Shown here in pieces: positions 1-8,655 of a stretch of DNA of 27,517 nt (positions are counted from its first letter, which is position 1; every line of letters starts with the position of its first letter). The stretch spans positions 1 through 27,517 of the IMG/VR virus record IMGVR_UViG_3300042309_002730; one strand, given 5' to 3'. The position numbers and the translations under genes are program-made. The notes under the pieces were generated by a model. The model did no database searches. It saw only the letters and a program-made list of their open reading frames with translations, and was not told where the DNA came from. The DNA comes from a virus (Duplodnaviria; Caudoviricetes).

Positions 1-1278
1 GTATTGATCCTTTCCGATCAGCCGGTAGCTGGTAACGGTCTTGAAGTCCGAGACATTTCGAACCGCACAGATGTTTCGCCAGACTCGCTCGACGCTGAAG
101 AACCCGTCCAAGAGAAACTTGTTGGCTACGTTCGAAAGTATCCCACCGATGTCGATGTTGCTCACGGAACTCGCTTCGATGGAGTTACCGAAAGCGGCTC
201 GCATTACAGCGCGATGATCGCGGAAGTTGCGTCCAGAGTATCCATTGGCCCAAGCGGCTTCGAGAAACAGTTCTTGCAGACCGATTCCACCTCGGAACCG
301 TCTAGCTGCCAGCTCGAGCGATTGCTCGTCGGCAATTTCCTCAACGTTCGTAAGATTGGCTGCCATAAAGCATGCCGCCTCGAGAACCGAAGCGTTGATC
401 GTGTTGTTTTGCACATGGATGGCAGGAACCGCAGGACGCGTCCCCCGGATCTTTTCCAGCTCCGCCTTTTCAAGGTTCCAGCCCTCTCGAATTGCTTGAG
501 CCTCCAAGCTCGGAAGCGCCCCGTTGTAAATTCGACGAATCCCAGCGATGCGATCAAGTTCCGTTGCATGAGCACTGCGCATTGCTTCGATGGCCGCATT
601 GACTTCCGGCTGAGTCGTTGCTGGATCGGGGGTTGCTGGATTGGGAGTCACCCGAGTCGCTGGGCCAGCGTTTGGATCGTCTTGATTTGGGGTTTGAGGG
701 TCGTCCATGGTTTGGTCTCCAGGGGTTGAAGATGCCTGAGCAGCGACACTCGCGCTGGTTGCTCCGTCGGCACCAAGGTCTACAAAACTGATTTCACCGA
801 GTGAGGACTTTCGGACGACATTCACGGGACCGCTGTACTGCGTCCCGTTGACGGTCACCTTTTGACCTTCTTTGACAAACTCGTATTCATCCACACCGGC
901 ACCCACTGATGCTTGCCAGGGGAATCCGTTCTTTGAACTCACCACGACTTCGCGTGCTGCGGGTGTATCCCGCGAGACGATGCCGGTGGCAACTAGTTGA
1001 CTGTTCTCGACTCGGATCGCATCGGTATGACCAACACCCGAAAGAGGATCGTGACCAAAGCGGATGGGTCGAGCTTGTGATGGGATCGAAAGGCCAGCTA
1101 GATCGATGATCACGGGGTATCGCCAACCAGCCACACGCATCGGACCACCGGTGTAGGCGACCATGCGGAACTTCGGTAGCGATGCAGCAGTAGAACCATC
1201 GGCTGCCGCATCGATGTCGAAAACTGCCGTTGCGGAAATGCTCAATTGGCTTTGCGTTTGATCTGGCTTAAGCGTCAT
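1..1278 (-). CDS. Prohead protease-scaffold-major capsid fusion protein (3' end outside the window)
   Basis: Not in the ORF track because it has no stop in the window. Hand translation from ATG 1278, which overlaps the portal stop: MTLKPDQ...FRMVAYTGG...IRFGHD...GFPWQASVG...LGEISFVDLGAD (HK97-type protease motifs), a Pro/Thr/Asp-rich linker, then capsid-like GILSNVANKFLLDGF...WRNICAVRNVSDFK. Confidence 0.85.
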   Translation of the reverse strand, partial: MTLKPDQTQSQLSISATAVFDIDAAADGSTAASLPKFRMVAYTGGPMRVAGWRYPVIIDLAGLSIPSQARPIRFGHDPLSGVGHTDAIRVENSQLVATGIVSRDTPAAREVVVSSKNGFPWQASVGAGVDEYEFVKEGQKVTVNGTQYSGPVNVVRKSSLGEISFVDLGADGATSASVAAQASSTPGDQTMDDPQTPNQDDPNAGPATRVTPNPATPDPATTQPEVNAAIEAMRSAHATELDRIAGIRRIYNGALPSLEAQAIREGWNLEKAELEKIRGTRPAVPAIHVQNNTINASVLEAACFMAANLTNVEEIADEQSLELAARRFRGGIGLQELFLEAAWANGYSGRNFRDHRAVMRAAFGNSIEASSVSNIDIGGILSNVANKFLLDGFFSVERVWRNICAVRNVSDFKTVTSYRLIGKDQY

Positions 1279-2725
1279 CGGCTGGGACCTCTTCGTCTTG
1301 GACATTTGCATCATCCTGTGAAGCAGTGGGGGTGACTTGCCCGATACTTAGACCGAGCTGAGACATGAGAGCGATTTCCTTGGCTCGCTGGCGAAGCTGA
1401 ACTTCCCAGTCTTGGCCACGCTTTGCGTATTCATCAGCCAGCGTGGTCGTGTGACTGACTAGGCGCGTCGCTTGGGCGTTGGCTTCCTTGGCTGGGTCCA
1501 CATGCTCATGACCATCCCAGAACCATTGGTGTGGCCACTGGGCAAATGGACCTAGACCTGAGGGTAGTAAATCAGGTACAAGCGATGCTTCATCGAGCCA
1601 CGCTCCAAGGAGACGATCAAGCACAACGCGCTCAAGATGCGACTGATCAACACGGATCGCCTTAAAATATGTCTGATGATCTAAGCGACCTGATGCATAG
1701 TTGTATTGCGAACTATTGCATAATGCTATATTGAGAGGCATGTTAAGACATCGCGCGATCTCGTTTAAGAGCTCTTGTTTGAACTCCTTATAGGTCGTCG
1801 TTGGCTGCTCAGCCTGAATTTGAGCCATACGCCAACCACCAGGCATCGTGACCAATGCTCGCTTCTCAAGCTCGATCGGTTCGAACGGTTCTGCTGCATC
1901 AGCTTCACCGTTAGCAGGTGCATCGGTGTAGAGGATCCCAGCAAAGTCGGCTGCGGTCTCCGCAGCAGCAAGTACCGCTAAAGTGAATCTTCGCAATTGT
2001 GCGAAAAGTGGCAGCGCTGGCATGATGTCAGGAATACCGCGAGTCTGGCCTGGGCGATCGGCGCGGAACCAATGAAGCACCGCCGAAGCGTCGATGCGAT
2101 CGTAGTCGCTTCTGGCCGAGTAGAAACCATCCCCTGGATGACTCTTTAGTACGTGGTACTCGATTGGATTGCCTGCACCATCAAAGACGATCCCATCAAC
2201 AGCACTTGTCGAAAGCCTGTCGAGGTCGGGAGTCGTAACCTGGTCGGCTTCGATGAGTCGAAGATCAAGCTGGACATCGGTGCTCAAACGAGGGTTGGTC
2301 GTTAGCACTGCGAAGGATTCGCCATCGGTGGCGCGAGCCATGCGCATCGTGCGGAGTTTTTCGGCAAGATTGATCGACCTTGACCACACCATGAATGCAT
2401 GTTCGATGCGTCGGTTGGCATCCGCATCGCTTGTGAGCATTTGCAACCGGGGGCCGGTACCGACGATGTCGTGGGCAAGGGTTAGCACAATCCCACGAGC
2501 ATACGAGTTGTTGGCCGTTTCATAACGAGCACGGTTCCTAAGGATCCGGCGAACCTCGGCGCTATTGGATGCGTTGGGCGAGAGCCCATCGGCATTGGCC
2601 CAATGGCGTCGATTATCATCGGAGGTCACCGCAGCGTCGTAGCGTGCGCGTACGACTCGCACAGTGCTTGGCTTATTGCCTTGCACAGGTTTGCTTGACC
2701 ACCACTTGGAAATCCAGGACAACAC
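1268..2725 (-). CDS. Phage portal protein, lambda family
   Basis: 485 aa with LRNRARYETANNSYARG, DGESF, IEADQV, RPGQTRGIP, NYASGRL and HVDPAKEANA motifs typical of lambda gpB; lies between terminase and capsid genes. Confidence 0.92.
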   Translation of the reverse strand: MLSWISKWWSSKPVQGNKPSTVRVVRARYDAAVTSDDNRRHWANADGLSPNASNSAEVRRILRNRARYETANNSYARGIVLTLAHDIVGTGPRLQMLTSDADANRRIEHAFMVWSRSINLAEKLRTMRMARATDGESFAVLTTNPRLSTDVQLDLRLIEADQVTTPDLDRLSTSAVDGIVFDGAGNPIEYHVLKSHPGDGFYSARSDYDRIDASAVLHWFRADRPGQTRGIPDIMPALPLFAQLRRFTLAVLAAAETAADFAGILYTDAPANGEADAAEPFEPIELEKRALVTMPGGWRMAQIQAEQPTTTYKEFKQELLNEIARCLNMPLNIALCNSSQYNYASGRLDHQTYFKAIRVDQSHLERVVLDRLLGAWLDEASLVPDLLPSGLGPFAQWPHQWFWDGHEHVDPAKEANAQATRLVSHTTTLADEYAKRGQDWEVQLRQRAKEIALMSQLGLSIGQVTPTASQDDANVQDEEVPADDA

Positions 2726-2727
2726 GG

Positions 2728-2925
2728 TTACTCGGCCCCCGGTGGAACGATTTTGTTGAAGATCAAGCCACGGCGCTTGGATTTTGCGGCTTGCTTGGAG
2801 GCTAGATAGCGATCGGCTTCGATCTGGTCGGTTAGCTTGTGCTGCTCGATACTGCCAGCATCGCCCGAGGCCTTGGCAGGACCTTGCGCGTTTTCTGTGA
2901 TAGCTTGCTGAAGATCGTCAGACAT
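2728..2925 (-). CDS. Small head-completion protein (gpW position)
   Basis: 65 aa immediately upstream of the portal, the position of lambda gpW. Function inferred from synteny. Confidence 0.6.
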   Translation of the reverse strand: MSDDLQQAITENAQGPAKASGDAGSIEQHKLTDQIEADRYLASKQAAKSKRRGLIFNKIVPPGAE

Positions 2926-2978
2926 TCTGGCAACGTGACCTGCGATTGAAGGATCCGGAACTCTGGTTTACCCCTCAC

Positions 2979-3011
2979 TTACCTATGCCAGAAAGTTTTC
3001 TCCGTGCGCGC
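2979..3011 (-). promoter_or_regulatory. Putative phage-sigma promoter, copy 1 (head operon)
   Basis: Minus strand GCGCGCAC-N15-GCATAGGTAA, about 55 bp upstream of the gpW-like gene; matching copies at 19070-19102 and 20045-20077. Confidence 0.7.
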
Positions 3012-3035
3012 AAAAATCCATGTTTGGAATCATCG

Positions 3036-3051
3036 TTGCTACATGTAGCAA
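3036..3051. promoter_or_regulatory. Perfect 16-bp palindrome TTGCTACATGTAGCAA (operator candidate)
   Basis: Read directly. It lies about 25 bp upstream of promoter copy 1, and the same TGCTACA half-site recurs at 19838-19876. Confidence 0.55.
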
Positions 3052-3233
3052 TCTTGGTCCTTGGTGGTCGTGATTTCATAGGTCACGATCCGCCTGCCGC
3101 AATGCCGACACTCCTTGCGCCTGCGAATACGACCATCACGAAGCGGTTCGGTATTGGTCGTGTAAAAGTGTCGGCACCCGCACTGCGGGCATACGATCCC
3201 TCGATCCGGAGGGTCTTGCTTTTGATCGCTCAT
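3039..3233 (-). CDS. Small zinc-ribbon protein (NrdR N-terminal / Ogr-Delta-like regulator)
   Basis: CPQCG...DGRIRRRKECRHCGRRIVTYE matches the NrdR Zn-ribbon pattern CPxC...IRRRRECxxCxxRFTTxE; no ATP-cone; overlaps the terL stop. Confidence 0.75.
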   Translation of the reverse strand: MSDQKQDPPDRGIVCPQCGCRHFYTTNTEPLRDGRIRRRKECRHCGRRIVTYEITTTKDQDCYM

Positions 3234-5497
3234 CGGTTTCGTTTCCTTTGCATTTCAGCGAAACTGATCCGACCCGATTTAGGGATACCAACCGATTCGC
3301 TTCCTGAGAGCGCGACCCCTTGCATTGACGCTCCAACGCAGCAACCCACGATGCAATCGAGCCAGTGGTTGTCACCTCGCTCCGGGCGCTGCTTCCATTC
3401 ATCCACGGTTCGACCACGGCCCTCGGTCCGCACTCGGTACTCGGCACAAAGGTGTTCGGCTAGAAGCCGATGGGTCTCTGGGCTTGTTCCAAAAAAGGAC
3501 AGGCAACCTTTACTCCCCATCGAGACAGCCAGGCGAGCATGCATGAAGGTTTTCCAGTAGTTGGTGTCATAGACCACGTGCCGAACGGCTCGTTTCCCAT
3601 GAATGTTAGGGATTCTCCAGTTGTGGCCCACGCGATCCCCGGGGCGACGCTTGTACTCGGAGAACGGCTGGCTCGATGCCCCAACGAACCTCCCGTGGCT
3701 TGGGATTACGATGCCAGCGTGGGCACTTTGCCTGCAGAACTGGTAGACCACATCGGTCGAAGCACCCCAGTTGGCATCGATCAGGCATCGCTCGATTCGC
3801 ATCATGGCACCATCATCACGTCGCCATTCCCGACCGATTAGATCCCCGGTCAATTGCTCAAGTCCGGCGTAGATACTCCCCTCGAGCCCACCGGCTTTGG
3901 TCGCGGTTGCTAGGGTGCTCCTTGCATCCCGAAGTGTAAAATACGGCCGCTTCTGATCCGGATAGCTTCCATAGTCGATAAGGTATCCAGTGAAATCGCT
4001 CTCCCAGGCGACCACGGTGTAAAACAGGAGCGTTGCCTGGACGTCGACGAACATCGTTAGATGGTTGGTGGAAATCGGGACCACCCGCCTGTCAATCCGA
4101 TTGAACTTTGCAGCGATCTGATCTGCTGTCAGTTCGTTGTCGTTTGCTTCCTGTTCTGGTAGCGGTTCGTTTTGGTACTCGGCAAAGAACGCTGCTTCGT
4201 CTTGAAGCTTGAGGTTCATCGCATGTTGGATCGCTGAGAGTTCATCGTGGTTGTAGCGCTCGGGCCATGCGACCTGCGATCCCAGATCCATAGCGGCCCG
4301 ATTCGAGCCGTAGAATTCGGTGGCCAACGATAGATCCCCACGGCTACGAAGGCTCTCGGCGCGGAGCTCTGCGTACTTGGCCCAAAGTTTTTCGTCGCTT
4401 GGGAACTCATAGACCATCCGGGTCCGTTCCCCATTCCATTCTGGATGTTTGTCACGCGAAAGGATGTTGTCGGCCATATCACCTGGGCGAATAACCGTGC
4501 AGGGCATGATCCCAGAGATTTTTTTACCAGGGCCCGAGAGACCCAGGATAGCCCCCGCGAGGATACTTTCACGCGTGGCGCACTGGGAAAGGGACCTTGC
4601 TGATTCGTCCGTTTGAGGATCGTCGATGACTACAAGGGTTGGCCGAACGGTCCTGCCATCGGATCGCTTGTACTTCATGCCTCGGATCCGACCTGTGATC
4701 CCAGCGACCTTGATGATCGCTCCGCTTGCGATGCTTCCTGGCATCGTAGGCAGGACGATCTCTTTGGCGGTCCATCCAATGTGGGTTCGCTCCCCTTTGT
4801 AGAGCTGGCCATTGCAGCGATTGGCGATTCCATCTAGGGATTGGATCGGAAACACCACCTCGGGGTAATCGGCAAGAAGCAGCTCGTTTCCATCGAGTTC
4901 CATCTTGATCGACTCGAGCATATCGCAGGCATGACCCTCGTCGCTACCGATGAGGCATACGAACTCACGATGCCCGTTGAGAACCGCCCAAATGCAAGCA
5001 CATTCACAGATGGTGGTCTTGCCACTCCCCCGAGGCATTGCCATCGAGAAGAGTCCCCCTCGCAGAACCGCTTGCTCGATCCGGTTTATGACCTTCAGGT
5101 GATCATCCGACCAAGCCAGATGAAACGTCAATGGAAAATAGCTCTCGCAGAAGTATCGAAAATTCGTTGCTGCCTTGGCTTTTCGCTCAGGGGCGGCGAT
5201 CTCGGGCAGCTCGCCGATGTCACGACCCGCCGTTGCGATAGCCACATTGCGCGCCCGTGCTCGTTCTTTGAGCTTCTCGTATGGATCGCCAGAGGTCTCG
5301 GGCTCTGGCGCATGCCGAGTCTCGACTAGCCATGCCCCGTAGCGAAGAAGGTCAACGTACCTTGCATCGCCGATGCGCATACCAGCGCGAGTTCGGTGTC
5401 GATACAGTTGCCTCTCGCTAATGACCTCACCCAGGGGTGTGGAGTTTAGCATTCTGCAAAGTTCGCTAGGTCGAAGTTTTCTTGGATCACTCACCAC
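3230..5497 (-). CDS. terL: Terminase large subunit (GpA-like) with an N-terminal HTH extension
   Basis: 755 aa; Walker A MPRGSGKTT, Walker B LVVIDD, nuclease motifs MFVDVQ, CLIDANWG and DNHWLDC; upstream of the portal. Confidence 0.9.
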   Translation of the reverse strand: MVSDPRKLRPSELCRMLNSTPLGEVISERQLYRHRTRAGMRIGDARYVDLLRYGAWLVETRHAPEPETSGDPYEKLKERARARNVAIATAGRDIGELPEIAAPERKAKAATNFRYFCESYFPLTFHLAWSDDHLKVINRIEQAVLRGGLFSMAMPRGSGKTTICECACIWAVLNGHREFVCLIGSDEGHACDMLESIKMELDGNELLLADYPEVVFPIQSLDGIANRCNGQLYKGERTHIGWTAKEIVLPTMPGSIASGAIIKVAGITGRIRGMKYKRSDGRTVRPTLVVIDDPQTDESARSLSQCATRESILAGAILGLSGPGKKISGIMPCTVIRPGDMADNILSRDKHPEWNGERTRMVYEFPSDEKLWAKYAELRAESLRSRGDLSLATEFYGSNRAAMDLGSQVAWPERYNHDELSAIQHAMNLKLQDEAAFFAEYQNEPLPEQEANDNELTADQIAAKFNRIDRRVVPISTNHLTMFVDVQATLLFYTVVAWESDFTGYLIDYGSYPDQKRPYFTLRDARSTLATATKAGGLEGSIYAGLEQLTGDLIGREWRRDDGAMMRIERCLIDANWGASTDVVYQFCRQSAHAGIVIPSHGRFVGASSQPFSEYKRRPGDRVGHNWRIPNIHGKRAVRHVVYDTNYWKTFMHARLAVSMGSKGCLSFFGTSPETHRLLAEHLCAEYRVRTEGRGRTVDEWKQRPERGDNHWLDCIVGCCVGASMQGVALSGSESVGIPKSGRISFAEMQRKRNR

Positions 5498-5693
5498 GGC
5501 CCATCTCCTTTACCATCCATGCGATGTAGTGGACCAAGTTGATTGATCCATCTTGGTTTGTTGGAGCACCGCTTTCGATGTCCAGCACGATGTTTTCCTC
5601 GGGGATCCGGATCTTGGCCGCTGCCGAGAGGAGTTTGGCCGCTTGCTCGGGGGTTAGTCGGTTCGGATCGATCGGTTTTTTTTCATCACTCAT
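5487..5693 (-). CDS. Terminase small subunit-like HTH protein (Nu1-like DNA-binding domain only)
   Basis: ATG 5693 with GGAG SD; 68 aa ending GAPTNQDGSINLVHYIAW; overlaps the terL start. Confidence 0.65.
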   Translation of the reverse strand: MSDEKKPIDPNRLTPEQAAKLLSAAAKIRIPEENIVLDIESGAPTNQDGSINLVHYIAWMVKEMGRGE

Positions 5694-5967
5694 GCCAGGC
5701 TCCCTTCGTAGAGGATTGGCACCGTGGCCCACACGGGGCCCACCGGCGTGTTTTCTTTTGACGTTCGGCCCCTTGGGCAAGGTGATTTCGCATGCGTGTT
5801 ATTGCAAGCCGTGGCGTTGGTTCGCATGCCAATAAAGTTTGCCAAATAACATGCTTTTCTTCCATAGATAGCTGGATTGAATCCGAACCGCATGGCTCAA
5901 TGTCAACACGCAAACGCAATGGCGATTGCAAACGACAGACCAACCCAAACCAAACGGAAAGACGCAG

Positions 5968-6825
5968 ATGAACGCTAACGAGATCGCCTTCGGAATTGAA
6001 TTCGAGACCACCCTCCCAAACAGCGACACCACACCGATCGGACCATACCACCACGGATACCAAGTACCTTGGCTCCCCACCGGATGGAGAGCAGAACGCG
6101 ACGCGAGCATCAAACCAGAAACCCCCAACCGCAAGGGATGCGAATTCGTAAGCCCCAAGCTCAAGGGATACGAAGGCCTCAAACAGATCGAAGACGCGAT
6201 CGACAAGATCAACGAACACGGAGCGAGGGTCAATGCAACCTGCGGTTTGCACATAACGATCGAATGGAATGGGGATGCAGCCGCCTTGGCCAGATTGATT
6301 TCCTTGGTCGGCAACCACGAAAAAGCGATTTTCGCAAGCACCGGAACACGCCGGCGAGAACAAACGGTCTACACCAAACGGATCAAACAATACGGGGACA
6401 AAGACGCCGCTAAGAACCGATGCGAAGCGGATCGCTACCACCTTTTGAACCTCACCCACCTGGCAGCCGGTAAGAACCGGATCGAATTTCGGGCTTTCGC
6501 CGGAACGCTCAACAAGACCAAGGTGGTCGGATACCTGATGATGGTCCTGGGGTTGGCAGAGCTCGCGATGAATACCAAACGATGCGCCGATTGGGACTAC
6601 GCCAAGAAAGACGGAACCAAGAGCTGCTGGGATCGACCCGGGGCTGGCCTGGGCGAGACAGAACTCAACCGCCTTTTCTACCGGCTCGGATGGACCAAGG
6701 GTTGGTACAAGGGAGAGCTTCGAAGCAAGATCTTCGGCGAGATCACCGGCGAGACCACCCGCGAATGGAAAACGATCAAGAACAAGCTTTTGGAGATGGC
6801 CAAGAAATACGACCAAGCGGCCTAA
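5968..6825 (+). CDS. Putative amidoligase (COOH-NH2 ligase, Amidoligase_2-like)
   Basis: FGIEFE, W-x4-DASI, CEFVSPKL, NATCGLHITI, RYHLLNL and IEFRAFAGTLN motifs; ATG 5968. Confidence 0.88.
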   Translation: MNANEIAFGIEFETTLPNSDTTPIGPYHHGYQVPWLPTGWRAERDASIKPETPNRKGCEFVSPKLKGYEGLKQIEDAIDKINEHGARVNATCGLHITIEWNGDAAALARLISLVGNHEKAIFASTGTRRREQTVYTKRIKQYGDKDAAKNRCEADRYHLLNLTHLAAGKNRIEFRAFAGTLNKTKVVGYLMMVLGLAELAMNTKRCADWDYAKKDGTKSCWDRPGAGLGETELNRLFYRLGWTKGWYKGELRSKIFGEITGETTREWKTIKNKLLEMAKKYDQAA

Positions 6826-6840
6826 GGGCCTAGCGGGCAA

Positions 6841-6866
6841 GACCCTTGGGACAAACCCCAAGGGTC
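6841..6866 (+). terminator. Stem-loop after the amidoligase gene (possible terminator or processing hairpin)
   Basis: GACCCTTGGG-acaaac-CCCAAGGGTC, a perfect 10-bp stem; no U-tract follows. Confidence 0.45.
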
Positions 6867-7041
6867 GCTGGCCGGTCGCAACACGGCGCGATTGGTGCGT
6901 TGTGTTTGCAAACCAGCTCTCTGGCATGACTGGGTTATTTGATTTTCTTACCGGAACCGTATTGATGTCTTTGTGCTGGATGTACTGATGTCTAGCGACC
7001 CTTTGTTTTGAACCTATTTCCAAATCTATGGAGAACAGACC

Positions 7042-7320
7042 ATGACGATCGACGAATTGATTGCACGACTGGAAGACTACCGCGATGAGATCGGTGGCGA
7101 TGCCCAGGTCCGGTTGATGACCCAGCAGAACTGGCCCTTTGAGAACTCGATCTACGGGTTGGCCTCCGGGGCCGAGATCAACGACTATCACGATGACCAA
7201 GACGGGGACGACGACGATGACAGCGACGATGCGGCCGAGGATTCGGTGCTCTTTATCGTCGAAGGCCAGCAGCTGGGATACGGAACCAAGCGCGCTTGGG
7301 ACGTAGCGCGTGGCAATTAA
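7042..7320 (+). CDS. Small highly acidic hypothetical protein
   Basis: GGAGA SD; 92 aa with 24 D/E against 6 K/R and a poly-Asp tract. Confidence 0.8.
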   Translation: MTIDELIARLEDYRDEIGGDAQVRLMTQQNWPFENSIYGLASGAEINDYHDDQDGDDDDDSDDAAEDSVLFIVEGQQLGYGTKRAWDVARGN

Positions 7321-7464
7321 TTTTCGGTGCTTCAAATGATTTTTCAAAAGCTGCAAAATTACTGCCAGAATATCGCATAACCGAGTTGCAATTGTTTTGC
7401 GACCATTGCAATGTTTGTCATACGCCAAACGAAAAACCACCTTTTCCCAAACGGAGAAACAAAC

Positions 7465-7791
7465 ATGGCCAACGAAAAGATCGACGTAACGGACCTCGAC
7501 CTGGTAATCACCAAGATCGAAAAACGAACCTCCAGCGGAGGGGCTTGGGTACGAGGCAAGATCAACGACGCGGTTCGGTTCGAAGCCCTGGTCTTTGCCG
7601 AGCACGCCGAGAGCGAAGACTACGAACTCGGACGCACCAAGATCTCGAAGCTCTGGATTCAAGACATCCAAACCAAAAAGACCCTTTTCAACTTCGACCG
7701 CGGGCTGGATGTACCCGCAGCGACCACCGAGGTCCAGGTGGTGGTTGATTTCCTTGGGGTTGGATTGGCCGACTTGGTCTGGGGAACCTAA
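7465..7791 (+). CDS. Hypothetical phage protein (ISKL...NFDRG motif, DUF7678-like)
   Basis: GGAGA SD before ATG 7465; 108 aa containing KISKLWI...FNFDRGLD. Confidence 0.75.
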   Translation: MANEKIDVTDLDLVITKIEKRTSSGGAWVRGKINDAVRFEALVFAEHAESEDYELGRTKISKLWIQDIQTKKTLFNFDRGLDVPAATTEVQVVVDFLGVGLADLVWGT

Positions 7792-7792
7792 A

Positions 7793-7847
7793 CCGAAATC
7801 CCGGTATCGGGATCGTCGCTCGGTAGTGCGGGCGACCTGACGATGGC
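7793..7847 (+). ncRNA. Hammerhead ribozyme, type II topology
   Basis: ccGAAA, stem III (A-UCCCG/CGGGA-U), cleavage-site C7814, stem I (GUCGCUCG/CGGGCGAC), core CUGACGA, U, then GG pairing with the upstream CC. Confidence 0.75.
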
Positions 7848-7881
7848 AGCTAACCACGGTTCCAACATTGGAGACAGATAG

Positions 7882-8463
7882 ATGAAAAAGGCAGAGATTA
7901 CGATCGGTGGCAAGTACTATGCGAACGTCACCGGCAAGAAGGTCGAAGTCAAGATCGATAGCGAGAAGGCTGGTGGTGGATGGTTCGCCACCAACCTTGC
8001 TACCGGCAAGAAGATCGTCATTCGAACCGCCCAGCGATTGCACGGAGAGGTCGGCAAAGGCAAACCGACTACGAAAACCCAAAGCGATTCGCAAGCTGAA
8101 ACGCCCACCGATGCAAACCCCGACATTATTCCCCTCAAGGCGAAGCGATCGGCCAAGAGCGCTGAGGGACAAGAGACCAAGCGGGTCGCCAAGAAGACCG
8201 AGGGCCAGGAACCCAAACGCCTGAGTGCCTTGGCTGCCGCCCACAAGGTTTTGTGCGAAGCGACCGAGCCGCTTAACGTCCAGCAGATGATCGAGGCGAT
8301 GACCTCCAAGGGATACTGGACAAGCCCCGGTGGCAAGACACCCCACGCGACTCTCTACAGCGCGATCCTTCGAGAGTTGGCCAAGGGGGAGGCTTCTCGA
8401 TTCGTAAAGACTGATCGGGGCAGGTTCGTAGCCGCTAGCGCGACTGCCGAGGTGGCCCAGTGA
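7882..8463 (+). CDS. Winged-helix (HARE-HTH-like) DNA-binding protein with a Lys-rich linker
   Basis: C-terminal LSALAAAHKVL...GKTPHATLYSAILRE...RFVKTDRGRF is the HARE-HTH pattern; GGAGA SD. Confidence 0.8.
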   Translation: MKKAEITIGGKYYANVTGKKVEVKIDSEKAGGGWFATNLATGKKIVIRTAQRLHGEVGKGKPTTKTQSDSQAETPTDANPDIIPLKAKRSAKSAEGQETKRVAKKTEGQEPKRLSALAAAHKVLCEATEPLNVQQMIEAMTSKGYWTSPGGKTPHATLYSAILRELAKGEASRFVKTDRGRFVAASATAEVAQ

Positions 8464-8654
8464 GCGCCGATCCGAATTACCGAGTCGCAGATGCGATGCG
8501 AAAGGTCGCGCTGCGACTCGATGAGGCTTTTGAATCGGGCAAGGTGGCTTGCATCTACGCCAACCACCTTGCCGAGATCCTGCTCTCGATCGCCGAAGAG
8601 CTAGATCCACCACTACCCAACCACGACCAGACCACGCCGACCACGGAGAGCTAG
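8460..8654 (+). CDS. Hypothetical protein
   Basis: GTGA overlap with the upstream stop, GAGG SD, 64 aa. Confidence 0.65.
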   Translation: MSADPNYRVADAMRKVALRLDEAFESGKVACIYANHLAEILLSIAEELDPPLPNHDQTTPTTES

Positions 8655-8655
8655 C

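Noticed and set aside
4-729. 241-aa plus-strand ORF and the 204-599 minus-strand ORF
   Set aside because: Shadows of the protease-capsid gene, which occupies another minus-strand frame.
5694-5780. Longer 97-aa version of terS
   Set aside because: A better SD precedes ATG 5693, and the extension runs through a structured intergenic element.
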